A stretch of 64,000 bases of DNA from Candidatus Bathyarchaeota archaeon (GTDB lineage Archaea; Thermoproteota; Bathyarchaeia; Bathyarchaeales; Bathycorpusculaceae): NCBI GenBank assembly GCA_963832745.1, contig CAWHVC010000001.1:640001-704000 (forward strand). Direction: 5' to 3'. Both the position numbers and the translations under genes were made by a program. Of this stretch, positions 10,490 to 19,399 are shown one piece after another (the stretch's first letter is position 1; each line of letters begins with the position of its first letter). A model generated the notes under the pieces. It saw only the letters and a program-made list of their open reading frames with translations, did no database searches and was not told the origin of the DNA.

Positions 10490-11707
10490 TTGATTATTAA
10501 CGACATCTTGGGCGTTATTTACGCTCCTCACAAAACATTCAAAAAAATTGCTGAAAACCCAAAATATTTGGGTGTCGCAATTATCATTGTGCTCTTTGTA
10601 GCCTTACAGACAACTTACTATTATAACTATTACTCGAAAATAAATTATGAACAAACCGTGCCACCGACTAACCAGTTGAGCGCATTTACCACCGCTAACG
10701 CTACTCAATGGATTATCATGCAAGGCACAACTGTAACGCAAAACACTGCAGACTTCATCAATCAAACCTATTATGGAAACAATAGTTTGCAGTTTGCCCT
10801 ATCTAACAGTAACAATTTAACGGCGACCCTTGAACAGTTCGGGTACACTGCAGACTGTGGAGAAAACGGTTTCCATAATTTAAGTATGAACATCAAACAG
10901 GTTTCCCCCAGTGTTGCTCCACAATCAGCCATTCTAACACTCTACACTGCCAACGGTACATCAAGCTATTTCACACTCGACATAACCTCAATGTTAACTG
11001 GCAACCTTGGCGAATGGAATAACCTAACAATCCCCGTTGGCACTTCAGAATGGCAAAGCAACAATTCACCAAACTGGTCAGAAGTAACCGGCTTAAAACT
11101 TGACTTAACTTATGCGTCATCTTCAGACATTACAATTCTGCTTCAAGGCGTTTTCTTCCATGGACAATTCTTAACACAAATTGAGGTCTTAGGCTTTGGA
11201 ACTTTCCTTGGTTTTGCAGCCTACTCAATCATTATACAAGCATTGTTCCAATGGATTATTCTTGCAGCAGTATCCTACCTGATTCTCAAAGGATTAAAAG
11301 CAGTTAACGTTGTTTGGAGACCCCTCTTCATTGCAATGGGCTTTGTACTCATGGTACTTGTCGTCACATCAGTAATCGCGTTGCTGGGCTCTCTTACATT
11401 GCCAACCGTCTATTACCCCTACGATTTCCCGCCTTACGCATCACTAATTTACCCTGACTTCATCATCAACGGAGCATCACCCTCTTCACAAGCAGCATAC
11501 CAGTCAATAGTTGCAGCAACAGCTACCTACACAACCATTAGCACCGCAATCACCGTAATCATGTACGTATGGCAAGTCGTCCTCGTCACCTTCGCAGTAA
11601 AAGCAGTCTCAGGATTCTCATACGCTAAAAGCATCTTAACCGCAGTGGGCGCAGTAATCCTAACGGTCTTAATACTAAGCCTGCTATCTGCAATAGGCCT
11701 AATTTAA
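10490..11707 (+). CDS. Yip1-family membrane protein with a large inserted extracellular domain
   Basis: GVIYAPHKTFKKI Yip1-type N-terminus, one TM, ~180-aa polar insert, further TM helices. Start placed at TTG 10490 after TATA-like CTTATAAA (10446) and GGAG; the ORF track starts at 10406. Confidence 0.6.
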   Translation: MIINDILGVIYAPHKTFKKIAENPKYLGVAIIIVLFVALQTTYYYNYYSKINYEQTVPPTNQLSAFTTANATQWIIMQGTTVTQNTADFINQTYYGNNSLQFALSNSNNLTATLEQFGYTADCGENGFHNLSMNIKQVSPSVAPQSAILTLYTANGTSSYFTLDITSMLTGNLGEWNNLTIPVGTSEWQSNNSPNWSEVTGLKLDLTYASSSDITILLQGVFFHGQFLTQIEVLGFGTFLGFAAYSIIIQALFQWIILAAVSYLILKGLKAVNVVWRPLFIAMGFVLMVLVVTSVIALLGSLTLPTVYYPYDFPPYASLIYPDFIINGASPSSQAAYQSIVAATATYTTISTAITVIMYVWQVVLVTFAVKAVSGFSYAKSILTAVGAVILTVLILSLLSAIGLI

Positions 11708-11884
11708 GGCAAGGGTGTAGGCGAAAGCCAAACCCAAAACTTTTCTTTTTACTTTTTTTGAATGCTTGTTTTTACGGTTTTTTCTAGTTTTCCTGCGGCT
11801 GCTTGAACTGGGTTAGCAAGATTTATATTGATTGAGAACTTTTTTGCAAGTGAACTTTAAGCAATCAATTAGACAATAACACAG

Positions 11885-12190
11885 GTGAAAAGAGTGAGTA
11901 TGCAAATTAAAGACCTCCGTGATGGAGCCAAACGCGTCAACGTCGAAGCCAAAGTTGTAGAAAAAGGCGACGTAAGAGAAGTAAGATCAAAATTTGGCGA
12001 TGCGACATACAAAATTGTTGACGCCGTTGTTGCAGACGAAACAGGCAGCATAAAGTTGACTCTGTGGAACGACCAAATTGAACAAGTAAACGTAGGCGAC
12101 AACATAAAAATCGACAACGGCTACGTTACAAGCTTCAAGGGCGAAATCCAACTAAACGTTGGTAAATTCGGCAAATTAACAGTCGGATAA
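11885..12190 (+). CDS. ssb: Single OB-fold single-stranded DNA-binding protein (SSB/RPA)
   Basis: IKDL...VNVEAKVVEKG...VADETGSIKLTLW...NGYV..FKG..QLNVG, typical of TACK SSB. Confidence 0.9.
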   Translation: MKRVSMQIKDLRDGAKRVNVEAKVVEKGDVREVRSKFGDATYKIVDAVVADETGSIKLTLWNDQIEQVNVGDNIKIDNGYVTSFKGEIQLNVGKFGKLTVG

Positions 12191-12288
12191 AACGCCACAA
12201 ATTTTTAACTCTAAAAATTTTATATTATTATTTTCTCTATATCAAAAAAGATTTGGCAGCATTCTTGCCGCCCTTAAAAAGAAGTGTT

Positions 12289-13251
12289 TTAGCTGGTTTT
12301 TAAGTCATCCATGAATTCGCTTAAGTCAACAACAGAGTTGCCGTTTTCGTCTTTGAGTTTCTGTTTTGCCGGCGGATTTTCCCGATAGAACGGTATGCGG
12401 TGTACAATGCGGTCTTCATATGTTGGTTCAAGTTCGTTCTTGTAGAAGACGCCGATTGGGATTCTGTCGTCCCATTCACAGGTTTTTGCTAAAGCAGCAG
12501 TTCTCTTCTGGAAATCTTCTTCCCACGATTTAACCACCGGGTCAAATCCTTCGTCATCCAACTTGTAAAGTCGCGGTTGAGGTTTGCCGTTGGCATCTTT
12601 TCTATCCATTCCAGCATACCAGTCCTTAGTTGTGATATCGTTGTAGCTGGGGCAAGGCTGCAAACATTCAATCAAAGCTAACCCTTTGTGCTGAATGCCT
12701 CGTTTAATCGTATCTTTAAGATGCATTAAATCAAAAGCGTAGGAGCGTGCTGCAAAGGTAAAGCCTGAAGTGATTGCCAACGCAATTGGGTTAACTGCTT
12801 CGTTAATGTTTGGTTTGGGTAACGCTTTGGTTTTCATGTCTAGCCGCAGTGTTGGGGAAGCCTGACCTTTGGTTAAACCGTAAACTCCGTTGTTGTGGAT
12901 GATGTAGGTCATGTCAAGGTTGCGTCTGCCTGCGTTAACAAAATGTCCAGCGCCAATACCTAAGCCGTCACCGTCACCACCTATGGCGACCACGGTTAAG
13001 TCGGGGTTAGCGATTTTGATGCCTAACGAGAACGGTAAGGTTCTGCCGTGCAGGGTGTGAACACCGTATGTTTTAACGTTATGGGGTTCTTTTCCTGAGC
13101 AGCCAATTCCTGAAACAGTAACCACTTGGTGTGGCTGTAAGCTAAGCTCTGCAAAAGACATCTGCAACGCGTTCATTATGGCGAAGTCGCCACATCCGGG
13201 ACACCAATCGGCATAAACGTCTGTACGGAAGTCTGAAGGTTTAAGAGCCAA
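12289..13251 (-). CDS. korB: 2-oxoacid:ferredoxin oxidoreductase beta subunit
   Basis: WCPGCGD, GIGCS, HGR, GGDGD...NN TPP motif, [14 protein letters not shown]. Confidence 0.9.
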   Translation of the reverse strand: MALKPSDFRTDVYADWCPGCGDFAIMNALQMSFAELSLQPHQVVTVSGIGCSGKEPHNVKTYGVHTLHGRTLPFSLGIKIANPDLTVVAIGGDGDGLGIGAGHFVNAGRRNLDMTYIIHNNGVYGLTKGQASPTLRLDMKTKALPKPNINEAVNPIALAITSGFTFAARSYAFDLMHLKDTIKRGIQHKGLALIECLQPCPSYNDITTKDWYAGMDRKDANGKPQPRLYKLDDEGFDPVVKSWEEDFQKRTAALAKTCEWDDRIPIGVFYKNELEPTYEDRIVHRIPFYRENPPAKQKLKDENGNSVVDLSEFMDDLKTS

Positions 13252-15161
13252 ACATCAACACCTCTCTTTCTTTTGCTTTACCGGTTAAAACTGCTCGAAG
13301 AGCGTTTTGTACTTCGGTAACTGTCATGGGACGACCCGTATACTTTAGGATATGATGGGTAGGGCTGATTCCTGTGTTCTCTTTCACGATAATTCCAAGT
13401 TGACCCAGATAGTTGTGTTCAATGTCGATTATGCGTTTTTTGCCTTCTAAAACTGAGCGTACTTTAGCTGCAGGCAGGGGGTGAATCATACGAACCTGCA
13501 TGAAACCGCAGCTTAAACCTTCCTCTTTAAGGTTGTCTATAGCTTCAATTATGGCTCCTTTAGGCGAACCCCAACTAAACACAATGTTCTCAGAATTCAT
13601 GTCGCCATAAAAGTTGAGTTTTTCTTCCATGGGTACTTCACGGTCAATCAGCAATATTCTGCTCATACGCTTCTCCATCATTTTACACCTGTTTAACGGG
13701 TTTTCGCTTATGTGACCTTCCTCGTTGCGTTCATCGCCAACATACCAGCAAACCGCATTATTGGTGCCGAGAAACGCACGTGGGGAAATGCCGTTTTCAG
13801 TTAGTTTAAAGCGCATGTAGTTTTTGCCTTCAAGGTCTTTTTCGGTTACGATGTCTCCACGGTCAATCTTAAAATCCTTATAATCAAACACATGGATAGG
13901 TTTGTGAACAGTTTGCTGCTGCTTTATCCATCAAATGAATCACTGGAACCTGAAACTTTTCTGCCAAATTGAATACTTTAGCGGCATCAAAGAAGCATTC
14001 TTGGATGTCCCCAGAGGCAAGAACTATTCTTGGGAATTCACCGTGGCCTGCCCGAATTACAAAAAGTAAGTCTTGCTGTCCATGCCTTGTTGGCAAGCCT
14101 GTTGCACCGCCTCCACGTTGATAATATGATATTACCACGGGAACTTCGTTCATGCCAGCCCAACTTAAACCTTCAACCATTAACGAGAAACCCGGTCCAG
14201 ACGTGGACGTTGCAGCTCTTGCACCGGCTAAACAGGCACCTGATGCAGAGTTTATTGCACAGATTTCGTCTTCTGTTTGAACAACAATTATTCCTTCGTC
14301 GCCTTTTCGGGTTTTGAGGATTTCGTGGGCTTCAAGGTATTCGCTTTCGTCTGCCGCTGGTGTAATAGGGTAGTAGGTTTGTACTCTGCATCCGCCAAGC
14401 ACTTTGCCCATTGCTACGGCTTGGTTTCCGTTAACAAAGATTCTTGGTTCTGTCGTGTCTTGTTTTTCAAGTTTATGGTTAAAGTTGCCTTTGAAATTAG
14501 CAACGGCATAATCATATGCGATATCCAAAGCGACAATGTTCATTTCAGCAATCTTTTCATGGAACATCGCTCTTATTGAGTCTTCAACGAGTTTGCGGTC
14601 ATATTTTAGCATTGCAAAGGATATGCCGATGGTTAAAACGTTAATCATTTTTGTGAGCTTGCTTAGTTGGGGGACGTTGACTTTTTTGCTAAGCTGTTCT
14701 ATTAACTCCAAGTATGGCACTTCAAAAACTTCGACGCCGCGTTTCCTGGCATGGTCAAGCCAATCCTTGATGGTTTCGCCGAGGTTTTGCTCTTTCATGT
14801 ACGCGGCCAATTGGTCTTTATACTCAAAGGGGAACGTTGCAATATCCATTACTTTAACGTTAACAGCTTTAGAATCAACAATCACTGCTCCGCCAGACAT
14901 TACCTCGTCAAGATGCCTAACTACTGTTTCAGCGTCAAACGCCGCCAGCAAGTTGACATCGTTAACATTGGCTAATGTTGGAGTTTTGGATATTCGTAGG
15001 TGAAAATAGCTGTGCAGACCTTTAATGTTGGAATGGTATTCTCTGCGGCCAAAAACGAAAAGTCCGCCGTAACCGCAGGCTTTACCAAAAATGTTAGCGG
15101 CAGTATCTACGCCTGCGCCTTGGGGCCCGCCAGCCATCCAGTTTATACTCTCTATTGTCAA
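13241..15161 (-). CDS. korA: 2-oxoacid:ferredoxin oxidoreductase alpha subunit (gamma-alpha fusion); one apparent frameshift near 13892
   Basis: [27 protein letters not shown] in ORF 13884-15161; continues in ORF 13241-13891 (WGS, EHN..GQ, KYTGRP). Removing one T gives ...TYPVFDYKDF. Confidence 0.9.
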
Positions 15162-15208
15162 ATCATTTTCACTCCTGAAGCAAACACTTTCTTTTTTTGA
15201 TTGACGGT

Positions 15209-15343
15209 TTATCCGCCTGTTGCCTTATCGCTGCCTATACAGCAGGTGCAACTATAGGTTTCCCCACAGTATGGGCAAACGCAGCTACAATCGTCAATAA
15301 AGTTTCCACAATTCTCGCAACGGGGACGCTCTTCTTCAGACAT
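15209..15343 (-). CDS. 44-aa cysteine-rich peptide (9 Cys) ending in Gly-Gly
   Basis: ATG at 15343 gives MSEEERPRCENCGNFIDDCSCVCPYCGETYSCTCCIGSDKATGG; frame and Cys residues are conserved in the second copy at 17570. Confidence 0.7.
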   Translation of the reverse strand: MSEEERPRCENCGNFIDDCSCVCPYCGETYSCTCCIGSDKATGG

Positions 15344-15503
15344 CCAATTGCGCCTTCTACAACCAATGTTTTGTTTTAAAAGCATAATTAATGTTTCGGA
15401 ACAACCCCTAAACACCCAAACGGTAACAAGACTATTTTACAACCTTTTGCCGCCTATTTGGAGCCTATGAGAAACTCATTTGCAGAAATCTATAGGGGTA
15501 GGT
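15264..15503. repeat. Direct repeat copy A (~240 bp, imperfect): 5' part and upstream region of the Cys-rich gene
   Basis: Aligns by eye with 17491-17731 at an offset of ~2227 bp. Confidence 0.9.
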
Positions 15504-15616
15504 GGTATGACGTTTTTTAGCCTAATGCAGTTTTATGCCAGCAAATTTTGAATTGTTTTTTGTATTTTGGGTTTCTACAAACCCGAAACGCCTCAACTAT
15601 ACCGATTACTGCAGGG

Positions 15617-16834
15617 TTACTTTTGGTAGTATACGTCATTACCACTTTGACTAGCTGTGTTGCCTGAAACTTTGCCTCCAGACGAATCAAAACTGCCGTT
15701 CCCAACATACACACCACCGCCATAATTTGCCGTGTTACCAGAAATCACACCACCACTCATATTGAACTCATCATCACTGCACACACCGCCACCAAGATTA
15801 CCTGCTGTATTGTTAGAAATCACACCGCCAGACATCTTAAAAGCACTAAACATAAAATAGTTAAGCACACCACCACCCTTATCCCATGCAACATTATCAG
15901 AAATCACACCACCACTCATACTAACAGTACCATAAAAATTGTATACACCACCACCAACGCTGGCTGTGTTGCCACAAATAACTCCACCATCTAAACTAAC
16001 TATACTCCACCTGTTAAACACGCCACCACCCCTAAACTCGGCAGTGTTACCAGAAATTTCACCACCAATCATACTAAAATTAAAAGCATTAAACACGCCA
16101 CCACCACCCAAACTAACCTCGTCATGATTATACACGACACTACTATTACCTACTGTGTTGCCAGTAATTTTGCCGCCAGTCATTTCAAACGTGCCATAGT
16201 TAAGTACGCCGCCCCCACCAATGTAAGCTGTGTTGCTAGAGATTTCACCACCAATCATACTAAAATTTCCTAAATTTACCACGCCACCACCCCACTCTCC
16301 ATTAGGCGTCATATAATCCTTAGGCATAGTGTTATTACAAATCACACCACTATACAATATTAATGCACCATCAAAATCGACAAATACCCCGCTACCATAA
16401 ACACCCTTTTCATGGGTCACAACAACACCATCAAGTCGCAACACACCATCAGTCTCAACAATGATAGCGCTCTGATTATTTGCACCAATCAACTTGTAAA
16501 ACCCATTCGCTATATTGTTGCTTGTTAGGGTGATGTTTTTGTTTGTTGGAATGATAAATGGTTTTGTAAGTTGGATATCGCTGTCAAGAGTGATAACGGC
16601 GGATTTTGCATTGTTATTAACTGCCGCTCTTAGTTCAGTTTCAGACGTAGTTGTTATAAAGAGCGTTTCAGGAGTTTTGGTCTTAAAAGAAAAAGCACCA
16701 TTAAACACCAAAAATAAACAAGAAAGAACTAAGACTATGATGAACATTAGAGAAACAAAAAGCGAAACCTTTCTTCTGCCACTACTATGAATAGCGTGCA
16801 AATTAAATTTGAACCTAACATTTTTCACACTCAT
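15617..16834 (-). CDS. Membrane-anchored Gly-rich repeat (beta-helix/adhesin-like) protein
   Basis: N-terminal TM, then about 8 repeats of GGGVxN..F.M.GG.ISGNTA. Confidence 0.75.
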   Translation of the reverse strand: MSVKNVRFKFNLHAIHSSGRRKVSLFVSLMFIIVLVLSCLFLVFNGAFSFKTKTPETLFITTTSETELRAAVNNNAKSAVITLDSDIQLTKPFIIPTNKNITLTSNNIANGFYKLIGANNQSAIIVETDGVLRLDGVVVTHEKGVYGSGVFVDFDGALILYSGVICNNTMPKDYMTPNGEWGGGVVNLGNFSMIGGEISSNTAYIGGGGVLNYGTFEMTGGKITGNTVGNSSVVYNHDEVSLGGGGVFNAFNFSMIGGEISGNTAEFRGGGVFNRWSIVSLDGGVICGNTASVGGGVYNFYGTVSMSGGVISDNVAWDKGGGVLNYFMFSAFKMSGGVISNNTAGNLGGGVCSDDEFNMSGGVISGNTANYGGGVYVGNGSFDSSGGKVSGNTASQSGNDVYYQK

Positions 16835-16900
16835 ACAGATAACCGCTACAGAGACACATCAGCAAACTTTGAAAAAATTAAACAAATAAAAAGAAAATAC

Positions 16901-17323
16901 TTAGTCACCGATTTGGGTGCCAGCAGATCTTGACTCATTTAGCGCAGATGCTAAAATACATTCGTATTCTCCAATTTGTACTATTAAGGTCTCATTTATC
17001 TCAGATGGCGACATATTTTGGTACTCTTCAAGGGATACTACTACAGGAGGCTCTGATGCAATAGGAATGTCTACAGGAACACCTGTTGTCAATCCAGCTG
17101 AAATCATCACATCATACATCCGTTCATACTCAGCAGCATCACCATTACTCACATACATAGCATACATTTGACAGAAATCTTCAAAACTTACTGGACGTTC
17201 TGAGTCATTTGAAGTAGCAGAAGCGCCCACAACCGCTACATAACTGCTACAAATCATCGTAGTTACGAGAGCAAAAACTATTGATAGCCGCAACAATTTA
17301 AAATTGCTAAATTTTTTGGGCAT
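16901..17323 (-). CDS. Secreted hypothetical protein, possibly truncated
   Basis: 140-aa ORF with a signal peptide and acidic body; TATA-like CTTAAATA upstream. Confidence 0.55.
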   Translation of the reverse strand: MPKKFSNFKLLRLSIVFALVTTMICSSYVAVVGASATSNDSERPVSFEDFCQMYAMYVSNGDAAEYERMYDVMISAGLTTGVPVDIPIASEPPVVVSLEEYQNMSPSEINETLIVQIGEYECILASALNESRSAGTQIGD

Positions 17324-17366
17324 TTTGTATCAACAGTTTATCATTTAATAAATAGCCATATTTAAG

Positions 17367-17399
17367 TCTCCTAAAAGAACAGTCTGTTCTTTCTGGAGA
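17367..17399. promoter_or_regulatory. 33-bp inverted repeat, possible operator
   Basis: TCTCC-ta-AAAGAACAG-t-CTGTTCTTT-ct-GGAGA, immediately upstream of the TATA-like box of the 140-aa gene. Confidence 0.5.
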
Positions 17400-17471
17400 A
17401 CAGTGTTTTTCTGTTGTTTCTACGGTAAAAAGCGCTACTATACAACTTTTTGTTATGCTGTACAAAAGAAT

Positions 17472-17570
17472 TTAAAATGCTCTCGCAACGCCGCAGTATG
17501 GGCATACGCAGCTACAATCGTCAATAAAGTTTCCACAATTCTCGCAAAGGGGACGATCTTCTTCGGACAT
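17472..17570 (-). pseudogene. 3'-truncated second copy of the Cys-rich peptide gene
   Basis: MSEEDRPLCENCGNFIDDCSCVCPYCG followed by unrelated VARAF*. Confidence 0.75.
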
Positions 17571-17731
17571 CCAATTGCGCCTTCTACAGTCAAAGCAGTG
17601 TTTCTGAAATATAATTAATGTTTCGGAACAACCTCTAAAGCCATAATCGGTAACCCTGCTATTTAGCAACCTATTTGCCGCCTATTAGGATTCTATTAGT
17701 GATTCTATGTTGGAACCTATAGGGGGTAGGT
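17491..17731. repeat. Direct repeat copy B (~240 bp, imperfect)
   Basis: Matches 15264-15503. Confidence 0.9.
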
Positions 17732-17860
17732 AGAAAACGGCGTCTATTTGGAGCCTAATAGAAAATCTATGCAGAAACCTATGGGGTCTAAAAAAATCCC
17801 TAAAAGGGGGTAGGTTCTATTGGCTGAAAAACACGCCATTAACATGTTGAAAAACAGTAG
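17659..17860. repeat. Two tandem units of a phased CTA(T) array, each ending in GGGGGTAGG
   Basis: CTA at 17659, 17671, 17682, 17693, 17705, 17717, then 17744, 17755, 17767, 17779, 17788, 17800; related copies at 15432-15503 and 60016-60110. Confidence 0.75.
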
Positions 17861-17888
17861 AAAAGAAGAAGGCTGAAAAACAGCCGAT

Positions 17889-19394
17889 TTACATGCCTTG
17901 TTTAAGACGCCGATAAGTAACGTAGTCAACGTATTCTACAAACGGGTTTTCAGCCAAAAATTTGACGTTGACTTTCTGGCGACTTCGTTTATCAAGTATC
18001 TGACTTGTTGCCCGCAGCACGTATGCGTCGCTTCCTGCACCTGAACCGTAACTTGCCACAAGGATGCGGTCATCAGGTTTTGCAATGTCCAAAATCGCTG
18101 CTAAACCGACAAGGGAAGCGCCTGAGTAAGTGTTGCCGAATTTAGTCATTTGAATTGCAGGCATGAACTGTTCTTCTTTGAAACCGAGGTCTTTGGCGAT
18201 GCGTACTGGGAAACTGGGGTTTGGCTGGTGAGGCACAAAGTAAGTGAAGTCCATAGGCTTCATGTTGCATTTTTCCATGAGTTTACTTGCGGATTTTCGC
18301 ACGTGCTTGTGGTATGCTGGGTCACCTGTGAATCTGCCGCCGTGCATTGGGTAAGGTTCGCCGTCGCGTCGCCAGAAGTCTGGAGTGTCTGAGGTGCAAC
18401 TGTACCAGCCTTCAACTTCAGCGATAACGTCCTTTTTACCGAAAATAAAAGCTGCTCCGCCGTAACCGACGAAAGCGTCAAGTTCGCCGCCGGGGCATCC
18501 ACGTGGTGCAGCTTGAGAATTGTCAGCGCCGATAACCATAGCGTAGTCGATGCCTGAACGGGGATAACTTACTAAAGCACAGGCGTCTTTGAACATGCTT
18601 GAAGCTGCTTTACAGGCAAATTCTGTATCTACTGCGTCAACGCCTTGCAAGTCACCGTCTTGTTCGCCAAGATTTAGCACTTGGGCAACTTTAGCTGCGA
18701 TTGGTTTAACCGCGTACGGGTTAGATTCTGAGCCTGCATAAATTTTGCCTACCCACGAACTGTCAAGTCCCGAGTGAATTAATGCAAGTTTTCCAGCTTC
18801 TACGGCTGCAGTAACAGAGTCTTCATCTATGAAGGGTACTGCACGTTCGATACCGCCGTCCTTTATGCGGAAACGTGAACTGTAAACGCCATAGCCAACT
18901 ATGCCGGGTAACTCGTAGTCTTTGGTTGGCTGAATTACTTTGTATTCTTGATGCGGATAATACTCGTCTGCCAAGGTGAACGCTAAAGAGATTGTTGGGA
19001 CAACTTCGTTTTTCCCGACAGAATAGCGTCGGCGGAACCGTGGAGTTACTTCTCTGCCTTCTAAACTTGCCAAGTCAAGGTCACCGCTATTTAACAGTTG
19101 ATCAGTTATCCTTGCGGGCACACGGATTTTTCCGTCATGAAAACTAACCATGCCATAAACGAAACGGTCAAGCTTCATGAACTTGTTAGTTGGTTCATCA
19201 ATTAACGTGCAAAGTTCAAGTTTACCTTTCTCATAGAAAAGGTCAACGTTGTCCATTTTGCCGTAGCTTTTTCTGCCACATTTACCGCAGTAGTCGCGTA
19301 CTTCAAAATATTCTTTGCCGCAAATTTGGCAGCGGCTTGCACGTAAACGGTCACCAAGATAAGATACTCTACGTTCTATTGGTTCACTGCTCAA
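17889..19394 (-). CDS. DUF35 (Zn-ribbon/OB-fold) domain fused N-terminally to archaeal HMG-CoA synthase
   Basis: CQIC...CGKC Zn ribbon plus OB fold (aa 1-150), then GIVGYG, GSES (Glu), EFACKA (Cys), PHQPN (His), GNTYSGA and SYGSGAG. Confidence 0.9.
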   Translation of the reverse strand: MSSEPIERRVSYLGDRLRASRCQICGKEYFEVRDYCGKCGRKSYGKMDNVDLFYEKGKLELCTLIDEPTNKFMKLDRFVYGMVSFHDGKIRVPARITDQLLNSGDLDLASLEGREVTPRFRRRYSVGKNEVVPTISLAFTLADEYYPHQEYKVIQPTKDYELPGIVGYGVYSSRFRIKDGGIERAVPFIDEDSVTAAVEAGKLALIHSGLDSSWVGKIYAGSESNPYAVKPIAAKVAQVLNLGEQDGDLQGVDAVDTEFACKAASSMFKDACALVSYPRSGIDYAMVIGADNSQAAPRGCPGGELDAFVGYGGAAFIFGKKDVIAEVEGWYSCTSDTPDFWRRDGEPYPMHGGRFTGDPAYHKHVRKSASKLMEKCNMKPMDFTYFVPHQPNPSFPVRIAKDLGFKEEQFMPAIQMTKFGNTYSGASLVGLAAILDIAKPDDRILVASYGSGAGSDAYVLRATSQILDKRSRQKVNVKFLAENPFVEYVDYVTYRRLKQGM

Positions 19395-19399
19395 TTGTT

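Noticed and set aside
13884-13895. Programmed frameshift in korA
   Set aside because: No slippery run at the site, and single-base indels are widespread in the window, so error is more likely.
15650-16330. Diversity-generating retroelement template/variable repeats
   Set aside because: These are in-frame Gly-rich protein repeats; no reverse transcriptase and no adenine-specific mismatch pattern was seen.
15432-17860. CRISPR array or integron attC interpretation of the repeats
   Set aside because: Units are degenerate, not identical repeats with unique spacers; no cas gene or integron integrase is present.
17659-17860. Replication origin (ORB boxes)
   Set aside because: Only a loose GAAAC..GGGG resemblance, no adjacent cdc6/orc1, no inverted ORB pair around an AT-rich unwinding element, and a similar copy lies 42 kb away.
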